NCBI RefSeq assembly: GCF_001194135.2
Contig: NC_068991.1
Location: 73,057,609-73,121,608, forward strand
Direction: 5' to 3'
DNA: 64,000 nt
Source: Octopus bimaculoides
Taxonomy: Eukaryota
Below, piece by piece: positions 14,434 through 27,153 of the stretch. The stretch's first letter is position 1. Each line of letters begins with the position of its first letter. The translations under genes were made by a program, and so were the position numbers. The notes under the pieces were generated by a model that was given only the letters and a program-made list of their open reading frames with translations, was not told the origin of the DNA and did not search any database.

Positions 14434-14473
14434 TCAGACACGTTGTTTCGACTTGATACGGTCTCCTCAGTGA
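14434..14473 (-). ncRNA. Minimal type I hammerhead-ribozyme motif (canonical core, short stem I)
   Basis: Minus strand reads tca-CTGAGGA-GAC cgtatcaa GTC-GAAAC-aacgt-GTC-tga. Confidence 0.55.
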
Positions 14474-15477
14474 CGAATACTTCTGGTATTCTGGCCTGAC
14501 TCGAAATTGATTTTTAACGATATAGCAATGTAATCTGTTTGGTCTCTCGTAAGTCCACTTGGATTTAAATTCCTGGAGAAATGAGGCTGCGGCGCTGGAA
14601 AAACGAGTGATCTGTTGAAACCTAAATGGACACCGAGGCCTATTGTTATGAATTCATCATTTATAATTCCTCCTGTTATATCAATTATTACATCTAGGAC
14701 GGTCTACTAATTCGGCAAAAATTTTAACTACGGTGACTTAGGTCAATTTGAATGAGTGAGAGTTAGAACAAATAAGGGAAACGGGGCCTGGGGTTCTGAG
14801 AGTAAAATAAAAAGGTAAATAGGACATTTGTGGCTCTTCTATTTACACCATCAGCGCAAGAGAGAGGCCCATCATGGGTGACAGAAATTTCTGAAACCGA
14901 TGGTTATCGCCTTCAAATTTCTACCTAAAACTGCTTTGCGCAATGAAGTAATGCAGTATTTATTAGTGACAGAAAAATTGGAAACACGAGACGGGTTAGT
15001 GGTATCCACCCACCAAAAAAAAAATTGATAATAGATCTACTGAGATGAATTGAAAACAACAGCAGTTTATAGGATGCGAACTGGTAACATGAGGGTATTG
15101 TGTTGACGAGCCAGGATTTACAATAAGTTGATAATGCTCCCGAACAACGAAACTGTGGAAGTGAAGTAATATTTGTTGTTGCCTGAAATAATTGTCATCC
15201 ATTGTGGCGTATAGTAATTTGAGGCAACAAAGACAAACCAAGATGTACGAATAAGTAGCAAACATGGACGTACACTAAGCTTCAGAAAATAACTGGTAAT
15301 TGCAGTAACTATTCAAATACAGCGACATATTAAATTGAAATTTTGGTAACTAATTGCTTTACAGCATTTAATCCGATTATCTTTTAAGTAATACAAACAG
15401 ACATACATCGCATTAGTCACATTATTTTAGTCTGAAAAACCTTTTCACGTGTCTCTATGGTCTCTGCTTATCAATTC

Positions 15478-15685
15478 AGTCTAACTTTTGGCACAGGGCC
15501 AACAATTCCCGGGGAAGGGCATATTGATTACATCGATCTTAGTATTTCAAATGACGCTTATTTGCTCGAAAGGGGTGAAATGCAAAGTCGACCTCGGTGG
15601 CATTTGAACCTACAGCATAAAACCGGAAGAAATGCCGCTAAGCATTTTTGTCCGGTGTGCAGATTATCCTACCTGTCGGACGCCT
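15478..15685 (-). mobile_element. SINE, family B
   Basis: Reverse complement of the family B consensus (gtcgacctcggtggcatttgaac...aaatgccgctaagcattt). Confidence 0.85.
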
Positions 15686-15748
15686 TAATAAGCCCTAGGA
15701 ATAACATCCTGCATTGACACATTGATGTGTTAAAACTTTTAAATGCAG

Positions 15749-15959
15749 AGTATATTCAGCTTAATCGATTGGGCCCTTTCCTTCTGTATGAGGTTCAGAA
15801 GGCGTGAGTGAGTGAACAGTATGATTTGTTTACTCCTCAGTATTGCAATTAAACTGATCGAACTTCTCTATAAAGTAAACTATCAATTAAATGTAACCAA
15901 CACAGATCATTATTCGTTTCCTCAGATTTCCAGTTGTGCCGAAGCACAAAATCAAATGA
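15749..15959 (+). CDS. Candidate last two coding exons (15749-15803 and 15926-15959): EYIQLNRLGPFLLYEVQKAFPVVPKHKIK*
   Basis: Acceptor ttttaaatgcag, donor GTGAGT, 122-nt intron, acceptor tcgtttcctcag; phases are compatible. No homology recognised. Confidence 0.25.
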
Positions 15960-16786
15960 TTCATTGTTTATTTTAACTCTACGAGCACCACGCCTTTCTA
16001 TTAAATTTTCCTTACATTAACAGAAAGCCAAACAACGGCGGCCATATAATTGAGAAAAATCAAATAATATATTATCGGTTGTTGTTCTATAGACTAGACA
16101 TTTGGCAGCTGTTAGGTTTGTTGTTGTTATTGTCGCCCCTGAGCGAGTAAATACATGAAGAGATATTGTTCTATTAGTTACTATTCCCGATCATTTTGCA
16201 TTTTAGAAACCAGAATGTCTAATACATCTTTCCTTATTTAGGACATCACAGTGGGATTTCATGCAGATTTGTCTTCCCGTATGTTTGTAATTAATTCACT
16301 GTTCTCAGTTTTACTTATATTTCCTTACTTCTTACTGTAACTTTGACAGACTTGTCTGGTCTCTCACTCGTTTATTACACATTATTTTATCCCGGCTGAA
16401 TTCCTGATAGTCTTCGGGTGTTGCATGTATGTTCCTCAGGAGTACAACTAACGACGTGATTTTCTGCTTAATTAAAAATGATCTCTGTTACTTGCAGCTA
16501 CAAATAAAGTCAAAATATTGCAGTTTCCAGGAAATTATATGTTAAGTCATCCATATAGAAGAGACAGAAATACAATTCTATCCAGCTTGGAAGCTCGTTG
16601 AAAGAACAAAGAGCTTCTCTTAGATTTCGAACCTTTTATCTTTTGTACTGCTTTTAATCATTTTTGGTTTTACCCTGAAGTAATACATACTCGTTTTCCA
16701 TTTTAACATGGAATGGTTGACCTACCTTATTTATATCGAATCTGCTTTATTTCTCTGCATTGCATTAAATATTAGAGGATTGGATA

Positions 16787-16997
16787 AGGTTGCGAGGTGT
16801 CAGAGTCGTTAGCACACCGGGCAAAAATGCTTAGCGGCATTTCGTCCGTCTTTACTTTATGAGTTCAAATTTCACCGAGGTCGAATTTGGCTTTCCTCCT
16901 TCGACATCTATAAAATATATACCAGCTGAGCACCGGAGTTGATATAAGTGGCTTACTCCTTCCCCAAAATTGATGGCTTTGTGCCAACATCTGAAAT
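16787..16997 (+). mobile_element. SINE, family B
   Basis: gtcgttagcacaccgggcaaaaatgcttagcggcatttcgtc...gagttcaaatt head and body. Confidence 0.85.
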
Positions 16998-17101
16998 GAA
17001 TATCAACGAAGTGGTATGTTAATACATCCTGTTCGGTAATTCATGCACGACAGGCTAACGCATTCTTTATATTTCTGTCTTCAATAAATATCCGGTTAAT
17101 A

Positions 17102-17490
17102 AGGCAGCGAGCTGGCAGAGTGGTTAGCACGCCGGGCGAAATGCTTAACGGTACTTCGTCTGCTGCTACGTTCTGAGTTCAAATTCCACCGAAGTCGACT
17201 TTGCCTTTCACCCCTTCGGGGTCGATTAAATACGTACCTGTTACGCACTGGAGTCGATATAATTGACTTAATCCATTTGTCTGTCTTTGTTTGTCCCCTC
17301 TAAGTTTAGCCCCTTGTGGGCAGTAAAGAAATAAGAAATGTTAGCACGCTGGGCGAAGTGCTTAGCGGTATTTCGTCTGCCTTTATGTTATGAGTTCAAA
17401 TTCCGCCGAGGTCGACTTTGCCTCTCATCCTTTCGGGGTCGATAAATTAAGTACCAGTTGCGTACTGGGATCGATCTAATCGACTGACCC
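17102..17490 (+). mobile_element. Two tandem family B SINEs (full copy 17102-17336, head-trimmed copy 17337-17490)
   Basis: The consensus occurs twice head-to-tail. Confidence 0.9.
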
Positions 17491-17525
17491 CCATGTGGTT
17501 GGGAAGCAAGCTTGTTAACACAAAG

Positions 17526-18100
17526 CTACTCCTGCGCATATATTGTATATTTTCTCTCCAGACGTTTTGCTCGGGTCGGTAGATGAAAGTGTAATGGTAG
17601 AGACAGTTTCCTTTCCATACTACCACAATTATTCAGTCTCTCCATCTTCTGGTAGAATATTGCAGTGGAAGAATTACTTGAAGATCTGATCTTTCTTATG
17701 CATGTATTTTGTGTAGAGATTGTTGTTGGTAAGCGTTCAATGAATTTGTCACATTTGCTTTTCCAGTTTCTGAGATTCCCCAATGTTAACCTTGGTTAAA
17801 CATGGTTTGCCTATATTTTTATTATCTTGGGGCTGATACACTACTTTGTTTCTTTTTTTTATAAACGAAAAAGTATGGTTTTCAATTTAATTTTGATGTT
17901 TGCTTCTGGTGTAACGTGTTTTGGGCTATTTCCCGTAGGATTTCATACGTTTGTATTGTATTTATGGTTATTTCTGTTGTGTAACATTTTTCTTCTGTGA
18001 AAGTTTCTGTATTTTGAGAGAGTAAACTAGTTTGTGGGAAGCTGATCTTTTCGTGCTTGGTAGTTTCGTTTTCAGTGTTTTTTTTATTTCGGTTTTTGTA
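17526..18100 (-). mobile_element. Highly degraded non-LTR retrotransposon fragment, probably the R4/Dong-like region upstream of RT
   Basis: Frameshifted minus-strand peptides (EILREIAQNTLHQKQTSKLN; WGISETGKANVTNSL; PSKTSGEKIYN, resembling WKAPGPDKIHN). Confidence 0.4.
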
Positions 18101-19020
18101 AGATGTTTAAACATTTATTATTATAAATCTCCGTTCATTCGCTAGTGTGTTTTCGAAATCATTTACGTATACTTTGCTATATCTTCTGGTTTGTGATGCC
18201 ATTGTATATTGGTGTTTATCGATATAGTATCTTTATATATTATACATATAAAATATGTTTATTATTCAGTGATTCATCGTTTCCTTCAAGTTCTAGTTTT
18301 GTTTTATTGGTCGTATCGATCGAAAACTAAGTTTGGCTTTTATAATAACAGGTGCGCTTTATGTAAGGAGCTAATATTATTCTAGCTACACATCGTGTTC
18401 GCATTAAACTCTCATTACAACATTCACCAGTCATCAGGGTAGAGTTGTCGGATATATTGGTCTACATAGACTATCCGTTAATTGCATTTTAGTACGTTTT
18501 ATTTTGCTAGTAACGCCTTCTTACTTGTTCGCTATTGCGTGTTATTTAAACAACATATATTTTTGTGTTCAATAATCATACTTACGACATAAGAGAAGGG
18601 TTCAGTTGTGTTATTAGAGTTTTATATATCACTATCTTCGTTTTACGAGCTTGATCTTCAATTCCCACATATTATTAACTATTATTTCTTAATGGGAAGT
18701 CAAGATTCCCCGTCCTTGTTGATATTCACTGAGCCACAACATGATTGAAAATAATAACTAGTTCTCAGTTCGTTATTACGTATACCGCTGTGGCGCTTCA
18801 GGTGTTGCGAAACATTCACGAGATGTACAAATAGTTCCATTCGCTTGGAAGATTATTTCCTGCTTAATTAGGAAATAATTATTTCAGTTACTTAAGGCTA
18901 GAAAGTAAATAAAACTGTATGAGAATCTCCAAAATGACGTATGTAAAAGAGCAAACTTTTATCACTGATGCACACACTGATACAAGGGAATAAAGCGTAA
19001 TTTAGATCTTGAATGAATAC

Positions 19021-19056
<36 letters not shown>

Positions 19057-19080
19057 GAAAGAGAAAGAGAATATATATAC

Positions 19081-19119
<39 letters not shown>

Positions 19120-19540
19120 NNNNNNNNNNNNNNNNNNNNNNNNNNNNNNNNNNNNNNNNNNNNNNNNNNNNNNNNNNNNNNNNNNNNNNNNNNNNNNNNN
19201 NNNNNNNNNNNNNNNNNNNNNNNNNNNNNNNNNNNNNNNNNNNNNNNNNNNNNNNNNNNNNNNNNNNNNNNNNNNNNNNNNNNNNNNNNNNNNNNNNNNN
19301 NNNNNNNNNNNNNNNNNNNNNNNNNNNNNNNNNNNNNNNNNNNNNNNNNNNNNNNNNNNNNNNNNNNNNNNNNNNNNNNNNNNNNNNNNNNNNNNNGTGA
19401 GTATATATATATATATATATATAAGTGTGTGTGTGTGTATGTGAGTGTGTGCTGTGTTGTGTGTGTGCGTGCTTATTTCAACAAAGGCTGTAAAAATCTG
19501 GAGATATACCGAAAAAGATGTGTGTTTTCGAACCAATTAC

Positions 19541-19593
19541 TCTGCAACAATGCCTGCCCTGCAAGGAGATGCAGAGTCTCCCGATAAATTTCG
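19541..19593 (-). CDS. Candidate internal coding exon (xEIYRETLHLLAGQALLQ, phase 2 to 1); product unknown
   Basis: Very strong acceptor (ctttttacgttttcactgcatttcccacag), GTAATT donor, unique GC-richer sequence, open frame. Confidence 0.3.
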
Positions 19594-19760
19594 CTGTGGG
19601 AAATGCAGTGAAAACGTAAAAAGGTTCGTTTGAAATTTCTAGTCACACTCTTTGTTCAACAAATGCGATATGCATATGCCTGAGATTATATGCGTGCGTT
19701 TACGTGTATGCATTTGTGTGTGCGTATGTGTGTATTCGCATATACATATCTATAGATGTA

Positions 19761-20671
19761 CACAGACATGTAGGAAGTAAATAGACACCTTTAATTTCCA
19801 AAATTTCTGATCTAAGCATCTTAATGTGTTTTCAGCGGTGTAGAATTTACAATATAATTATTCTTTTTCATTCCGGGTGCCATTATATTAAACATTTGCG
19901 AAGAGTAACCATGCCACGCACAAAAACTTCAGCAGAATTGTCAGATTTTCAAAGAGGTCGTATTGTTGGGAAATCTGAAGCTGGTCTTAGACAGCGAAAA
20001 ATTGCCGAAAATCTTAAAATTCCTCTTGCTACTGTTAATAGAATTATAGTGCAATTCAAAAGCCAAGGAAAAAAATCATGAGATTATCGACGTGGGCCCT
20101 CGGAATGGAAGCTTCGCTTTTTGAAGAGAATTGTGAAAAACGAACCCCATTCGAAGGCTTCTGACATTGCAAAACAGCTAGAAGTTAGCCCAAGAATGTG
20201 TGTTACATATCTGCATAAGATTGGGTATTATGGACGAGCAGCTTGAAGAAAACCTCTCCTTAAACCAATTAATATCATGAAAAGAAAGAAATGGGCTAAG
20301 GAGATGTCAGAAAATTGCAGTTCATTTTGGGATAGAGTGATTTTCTCCAATCTCCTGACATGAACCCAATTGAAAATCTTTGGAGCATACTAGATAGAGC
20401 TATACAAAAAAACTCGACGGATAACTAATTCTAAAGATGAATTGTTTCGATTGTTGCGTGAAAGGTGGGCAGAAGTTCCACAAGAGACAGTCACAAAGCT
20501 CATCGGTTCAATGCCAAAAAGAGTTTCTGAATTAAAAACTACAGAGGGAATGTGAACTAACTACTAAAGTATGTAGTCCTACCTATCGATTACATTTCAA
20601 TTGTTCGCTTTGGGTATTAAATAAAAGATTTTGAAAATGAAAGTTGTTTATTTACTTCCTGCATGTCTGTG
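19761..20671 (+). mobile_element. Tc1-like transposon with an internal deletion of the catalytic core
   Basis: TIRs CACAGACATG(T/C)AGGAAGTAAATA with TA on both flanks. The HTH region ([20 protein letters not shown]...) runs to WDRVIFS and is joined directly to QSPDMNPIENLW. Confidence 0.92.
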
Positions 20672-20829
20672 TATATCTATTAAATTTTGCATTGAATATC
20701 TCAGGAGGAAAACGGGAAAATCTGGCAAATATAGGTCTATCACCAAATTATGTGACCTCGTTTACGTTTGTATATATATATGTATACATATATAGCACAC
20801 AAAAACATATATACATAGGCATACGTACA

Positions 20830-20863
<34 letters not shown>

Positions 20864-22059
20864 CTCTCTTCAATGGAACTCTTATTCAGATACCAATCCT
20901 CGGACATTAGTCACACGCTTGAAACTCAGAGCACCAAGGAGTTTTATTTAAACAGTTCTGATCTATACATGTAACTCCCAATAAATGTGTTGTGTGCCTT
21001 TCTTTCGTTTGCCTATTCACGGACAGAGTAAACAGCTATAGAAAATGTTGAAAGACGCAACGAAACTTTTGGAAGAATAAATAAGTAAATGAGTGGAAAT
21101 TTTACCAGTGAGTGTGCTAAATTATAAGGCACTAAAAGAGAATGACTCTCCCCAGATACAACAATATATATATATATGGACGGATTCCGGAGTACCGAGG
21201 AAATTATGTATAAATATATCAAATTAAGAATTCTACGAGGTATATTACAATACAAAATACCAAACGGAACGTCACCTCTTATATCTCATCTTTCTTCCTC
21301 CTTTAACTTGTATGTGATATAATTCTTGGGAAAGAATACATTTGCGGCTGAAGATAGCTTTATACTGTCAATTATACACTGATGTAACAACTATAAAGCT
21401 TGAAACACGTGTACCGCAGAATCCTTTGTGTTTTGTTTTTATTTTTACATTTACAATTTATATATATAAACATCTGTATATACATGTGTATTTGGGGAAG
21501 GCTGTGAGGGGAAACACTACTTCCGTGAGAGTGAAACTGACAATGTGTATGAGAGAAAGAAAAATGACAGCGAAAGCAAAAGCGAGAGGGTAATATGGAG
21601 GTGAGATAGAGGCTGAGAGTAGAAGAGAGCGCGGAAGGGAGAGAAAATGTAGTGTGTCAGGAATCAATTAAACCGCTTCATCAAATGAGGTTAATGGATC
21701 GTGTAATATTTTAATATATTTTAGTGTTTTGCACTATTTGAATGTCAAAACACAAATTGCTCTTTCAGTATGCGATGAAACTCATCGTTTAATCATTAGG
21801 AGCGGCAAAGAATAAACAAACCTCTTCTATACTAAGCCGAAGTAGCATAGCGTACAATAATAACCCTTATTGCCTTTAGATTTAATACTTTCTCTGGTTT
21901 TCTTTTTAAAAGTTTCATTTACTTTGAAGAAATTAAACAACAATAAGAGCAACAATAATTATTGCAATTCCTAATTTGTGTACAAGGCCAGAAATTTTGA
22001 TGGGAGGCAATTAGTGGTAATACTGTGGTAATTAGTGGTAACTATCGAATCGAGTACCT

Positions 22060-23280
22060 GACTGTTGTTCTCCAATCTACAGGCACAGTTGTAGGGCTAT
22101 TCTGTTAACTCTAACTATTTACGCCACAGTCCCTCTCCTCTTGTCAATTTAATGGCGGACAGATCTTCCCTTTCCACCTCCACTTACCTTACCAAGTGAA
22201 ACATAAAAAGATGGAAATGGGTTTGTCCAATTGAGAAAGAGTCTGCCTTCAATCCTCTCAACTTTGATCACCACACAACCTCGTTTGCCATAGCCACAAA
22301 ACAGAGGACCATTGCCCAACCTTGTTAAAGTTGAGCAGTGAGTGCGGGATCTTCATGGTGGACTCAACATTTTGCCTGATCCATCCTACATGCAACAATA
22401 ACTGTTTAACATAATTCAACCGGCCAGCCATACTCAGACACTGCCTGGCTAAGTGCGGTGCAGTTTTCTCCCTTCGTGCTCATTTCCCACTGTAACTCAA
22501 GCTTATAGACTAATCTGGAACAAGTAGTGCCGGTAGTGCGTCCTCATTGGCGTCTAGAGCTTCTCTAAGAACATCATCATTCTTACATTCCACTGCTGCT
22601 TTATATATTCCCTGAGTAGAACTTACATTGGCCGCATTGTCCGACTGGCTGACTGATAGCGGGGAGGTGGCACCTGACAGTATTGAAAATGCCTGGTGTC
22701 CAGTCTTGTCTTTTCTTGACCCAACGCTGCAGGTCCATTAGAGAGATGAAATACGGAAAAGCGAACCTTACAAACGGAACCCACACATGATTACTAGCCA
22801 GGAATCTCTGTAAAATGGCTCAAAATCTGTGCATGTACGCGAATCAATATCCTCGCCGGGCCTTTCACACGGTGATGGCAAAAACTGGACTATTTGACCA
22901 TTTGTTAAATTCTTCCTTTCAACAGAAATCAAAAGTATTGGCACATCAATCTTGTTGGTCAGATGGTTGAGCGGTAAATAATGACGGAACCGATATAATT
23001 ATTTGCGCTGTCGACTGAGCGAGTCAAGGATGGCTTCCGCTCAGGACATGTCTGAATAATCTTGAAAACGTTGATTGTAACTTCATGTCAATTCCAGTCA
23101 GTCAAACCAAATTCCAAGCAATTTAACCAGTTCGTTTATCTAGTGACTCATGGTATTTATTCTTCGATGTCATTTACTACTCGAAGCCTCAGCTGCAAAC
23201 CTACCGAGTTCTCAAGAGAGATCTTTTCGCTTTTTGGTAACACCATAACAATACATGAGTTCCTGAGTTTCTTCTCGATA
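22060..23280 (-). mobile_element. Degraded Ty3/Gypsy-like LTR retrotransposon integrase region
   Basis: Minus-strand peptides FKIIQTCPE (zinc-finger end), PCERPGEDIDSRTCTDFEPFYRDSWLVIMCGF (resembling RPWSRIHADFAGPF...WLVIVDAF), FSIL...SDNAANVSS (resembling LFSI...SDNGPQFTS) and GCVVIKVE. Many stops and frameshifts. Confidence 0.6.
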
Positions 23281-23294
23281 TTTAAGGATGACTC

Positions 23295-23465
23295 GCGTTG
23301 TGTTCTTGAGCAAAACACTTCATTTCATGTTGCTCCAGTTCACTTAGCTGGCACATATGAGTAACCCTGCGACAGTCCAGCTTCCCGTCCAGGTGGAGGA
23401 TATATATGCCATTGAAACGGAGAAACCAGCGCTCATGAGCCTGGCATGGCTCGAGAAGGAAACGT
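23295..23465 (+). mobile_element. SINE, family C (V-SINE-like core), 5'-truncated
   Basis: ttgtgttcttgagcaaaacac...gttgctccagt...cctgcga...cccgtccagg core, shared with 23615-23853. Confidence 0.7.
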
Positions 23466-23614
23466 TTATTCATTTATATATATATATATACATTGAAAAG
23501 TATATCCATCAGGAAATCCGGAAGAACGGCCCTTTGAGTCTGTAGCTCGGTGAGGAGCTTTATCTTTTTATCTTATTATATTTATTATGTGCTAAATATA
23601 GTGGTCAGTCTACA

Positions 23615-23853
23615 TTACTCCATGAGGAAAATAGGGACAGTTTCTCGGTTTCTCTGGTGTGTACGTTCCTCCCTAAACGGGACGCCAGTCCGGCACAGAA
23701 TTTTACTCATTGTTACAAACTGAGTTTTTCTGGAGCAACGGGAAATGGAGTGTTTCGTTGTAGAACACAACGTTTCGCCCGGTCCAAGAATCGAAACCCC
23801 AATCTTACGACTATGAGTCCAACACCTTAACCACTAAGCCATGTGCTTCCACT
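23615..23853 (-). mobile_element. SINE, family C, near full length
   Basis: Minus strand has a tRNA-like head (tggcttagtggttaaggtgttggactc...gtttcgattc) and the same core. Confidence 0.8.
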
Positions 23854-25351
23854 AAATATAGTATCTACTATAAAAAACATTGTACCAGTCATCTACTCTG
23901 GTAGGTTTTATTGTCTGCCGACATTTGGCAATGAGCAATGGAATAGCTACATATGTGGGGCTCCGAAGGCAGGGGAGTATATTGCCGTCAGCGGGAGTAT
24001 ATTGCCGTCAGGTCAACATTATCTATTTGTAACACTTTACATTAATTGGGAATGCAAAACCTGTGTGAATTACACACACACACTTGCTTTCTGAAAATGG
24101 ACCCAATTTAAGGAGATAACGCAAAAGGAAAAGAAAGGCTTGAAAATTAAATTTTACAAGAAATTGAATTCCTTAGAGAAATTATTGCTAACACGTTTTA
24201 CTAAATTACAGCTGTAATTGCCTGATGAGTTTCCAGTAGCATATTGAAAAGAAAATATTAGTCGATTTATCGTATCATTATACTATCGAACCGCTAACCC
24301 TTTCTCGTCGTTCGACCGTTTAATAGATGGAAAATTTACGCTTAAAACTATTATTTTCCATTAAACGTTTTAGAGAATTTTCGAAAGATTGCAAAAGAAT
24401 AATGAACGTTTTCATCATGTTCTTCCGATTACTCAATTCCAAATAACAGCATTTATATGAAAATCTATGTCAACTGGAATTGTTATGCATAGCATGGGGC
24501 CCTAGTAATAGCTGGCAAAATCCATGAAGGCCTCGTGGTTTGTTTTTACGCTAGAGTTGGTTTATTTTGTTCTTCTGTGTCAAAAGCGATATAAATGCAG
24601 CGTGCTCTATGTATGTTTGCGAATCGTTTTGATTTCTTTACTACGCATTCTACTGCACGTGTTGTGAATGCAAGGATGCTGTATTTAACCTTTCGTAAGT
24701 AATTTTATGCTTTGTGTGTGTGAGCGTGTGTGCGTCTGTATGTGCATGTGTGTGGGTGTTTGTGTGTGTGTGTGCTGTGTATGTGTGTGTGTGTGTGTTA
24801 GCGTTTATATTGTTGAAAATATGTGATATTCTCTCGCACTACTTTGCAAGAAAGGAAGCCATGGATTTTGCAGATGCTGCATTGTGCTGTTAGATCCAAG
24901 TTTCTTTGTGATTCGCTTAAGATTTGAATAGTTATGCAACCGTTATCAGAAAATGGTAGGCGGATGTATATGAGTGTGATGTTATATCATAAGCATATGA
25001 GGGTTTTTATAAGCTTTGTGAAGATGCGAGAATGCTGAATAGGTGTAGGTTAAAATTTTTAGGTGATATTTCGTTTGTGGGAAGTTGCAAATTTTGGATG
25101 CATTTTTATGCATGGCCAGGAAATAAATTTGTTTTTACTTTTGGAAAAGAAATGGAAGGAATATGTATATAGGTATAGGTTACATATTTTGTGATCGAGG
25201 GAGCAGCAAGGAATAGAACTGATATTGGTGGTATATAGGATGATGCGTTTGGAGAAAATTTCATCAAAGCTGTGGCATTTATTTTGTAGTGTTTTGAATG
25301 TACGAAAGTTGAAGAGATTCACAGGTTTGTTTGTAAAACATAGGATATAGA

Positions 25352-25740
25352 AGGCGTGTGGTCTAGTGGTTAGATAGTTGCACTCACGACCTCACGATTG
25401 TGGTTTCAATTCTCGAACCGGTCTATACGTTGTGATCTACAGCGAAACACCCCATCACACGTTATTCAGTGATCACTTTGAAATCTGACGTATCAGACGA
25501 GTGGTACGCCGTAACCAGGTACAGCCACTGTCGATTTGATGGTAGGTGTGGACTAATGTACACACAACATAACTACATCATCTGTGCTGATTGTTCTGCA
25601 AGGGACCTCATCTGCAAGACCATTATATTTCGTTTACGACAGGATAGTCCACAAATACGTAGGAAACGTCTTTCTGGGATTGTCTGTTATGTACAAGGAT
25701 TTATACAAGACATGTACAATGTTGCTTCAGGTAAATCTCT
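25352..25740 (+). mobile_element. SINE with a family C-like tRNA head, degenerate
   Basis: ggcgtgtggtctagtggttaga...ggtttcaattc A-box/B-box-like head. Confidence 0.6.
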
Positions 25741-26604
25741 CAATTTGTGAAGAATTTTTTCTCTTCATCATCCACAGTCTTCAGATTCCGCAATGTTGAT
25801 ATAATTAGCTGAAAATGTTAATGGGTGCAGTGATTTAGATGAAACTCTCGGCGCATTCGGTGTTTGTAATTTTGGGTCCCCGGAGGCTTTTGAGAATTTA
25901 AATTTCCCAAATGCATTTCTGATGCATGCAACAAAAGACTGGATAAGAGGCAGAAAATGCTGTGGCTTAATTTGAAAGTGCGTGTCGTGCATTTATTTTA
26001 CTGTCTTTGTGCGGGATTTAGTTGATAATATTTGAAAAGTGTTGGTAATTGAATTCCCTTGCTGTTGGCATATGGGTATGTAATTGCAGGTTGCTACGTG
26101 AGGTGTTATTTGAGATTGTTAGACTTGATGATGTTACTCTTAATTACATGTGCTTTTATCTGCGTCTTTTCAGGTTTATATTACAAATGCTTGTCAAACA
26201 CCAGTTGTATCAACTCTGTGTTTTTAGTTATTAGTTTCTAGTTCATTCATTTCAAAATGACACCTATTTCTGTGGCGTTCATTTGTTATTCTTGTTGTTA
26301 TTATTTAAAAGTAGCTAGAACTTTATCGTTTGGATCTATTATCTAGAGCATTCTATCTGTGACCATCCAATGAAGGACATTTTATACAAGTGTATATCTT
26401 TGCTTTGGAACAATTTGCTGGCTAACTGTAGGTTGAGAGAGCACATGAAGGAGCTCACATTGTCTCATCCTTGTATTTAATACTCTGATTGAGATTGCAT
26501 CTAGATTTTATAAAACTGTACTTTTATATTGCCTTTTGGAATACAAAGGACATTTTTAGAAAAAATGTCTACAATTTGATGAAATAGGTGCAGGAGTGGC
26601 TATA

Positions 26605-27153
26605 GGCGCAGAAATGGCTGTGTGGTAAGTATCTTGCTTACCAACTACATGGTTTCGAGTTCAGTCCCACTGCGTGGCACTTTGCGCAAGGGTCTTCTAC
26701 TATAGCCTCAGGCTGACCAAAGCCTTGTGAGTGGATTTGGTAGACGGAAACTGAAAGAAGCCCGTCGTATATATGTATATATATATATAACATTCACAAT
26801 GACTCATTATATAACCTCCACACAATAAAACAATGGCTAACTAGCCCAACAGAATTGCTTCTTCTTGTATTTGTTGCTCCATTCTCCACATAAAAAAAAA
26901 ATATATATGTATGTATGTATCTGTATATATTTGTGTGTCTGTGTTTGTCCCCCCCCCCTAACTTCGCTTGACAACCGATGCTGGTGTGTTTACGTCGCCG
27001 TAACTTGGCGGTTCGGCAAAAGCGACCGATAGAATAAGTAATAGGCTTACAACAAATAAGTCCTAGGGTCGATTTGCTCGACTAAAGGCAGTGCTCCAGC
27101 ATGGCCACAATCACAAATGACTGAAACAAGTAAAAGAGAGTAAAAGAGAGTAA
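26605..27153 (+). mobile_element. SINE, family A, full length
   Basis: Head, core, internal AT/GT microsatellite, tail and (GTAAAAGAGA)n end are all present. Confidence 0.92.

Noticed and set aside
22060-23364. Stop-poor GC-richer block first read as host exons
   Set aside because: It is better explained as a degraded Gypsy-like integrase followed by SINE sequence.
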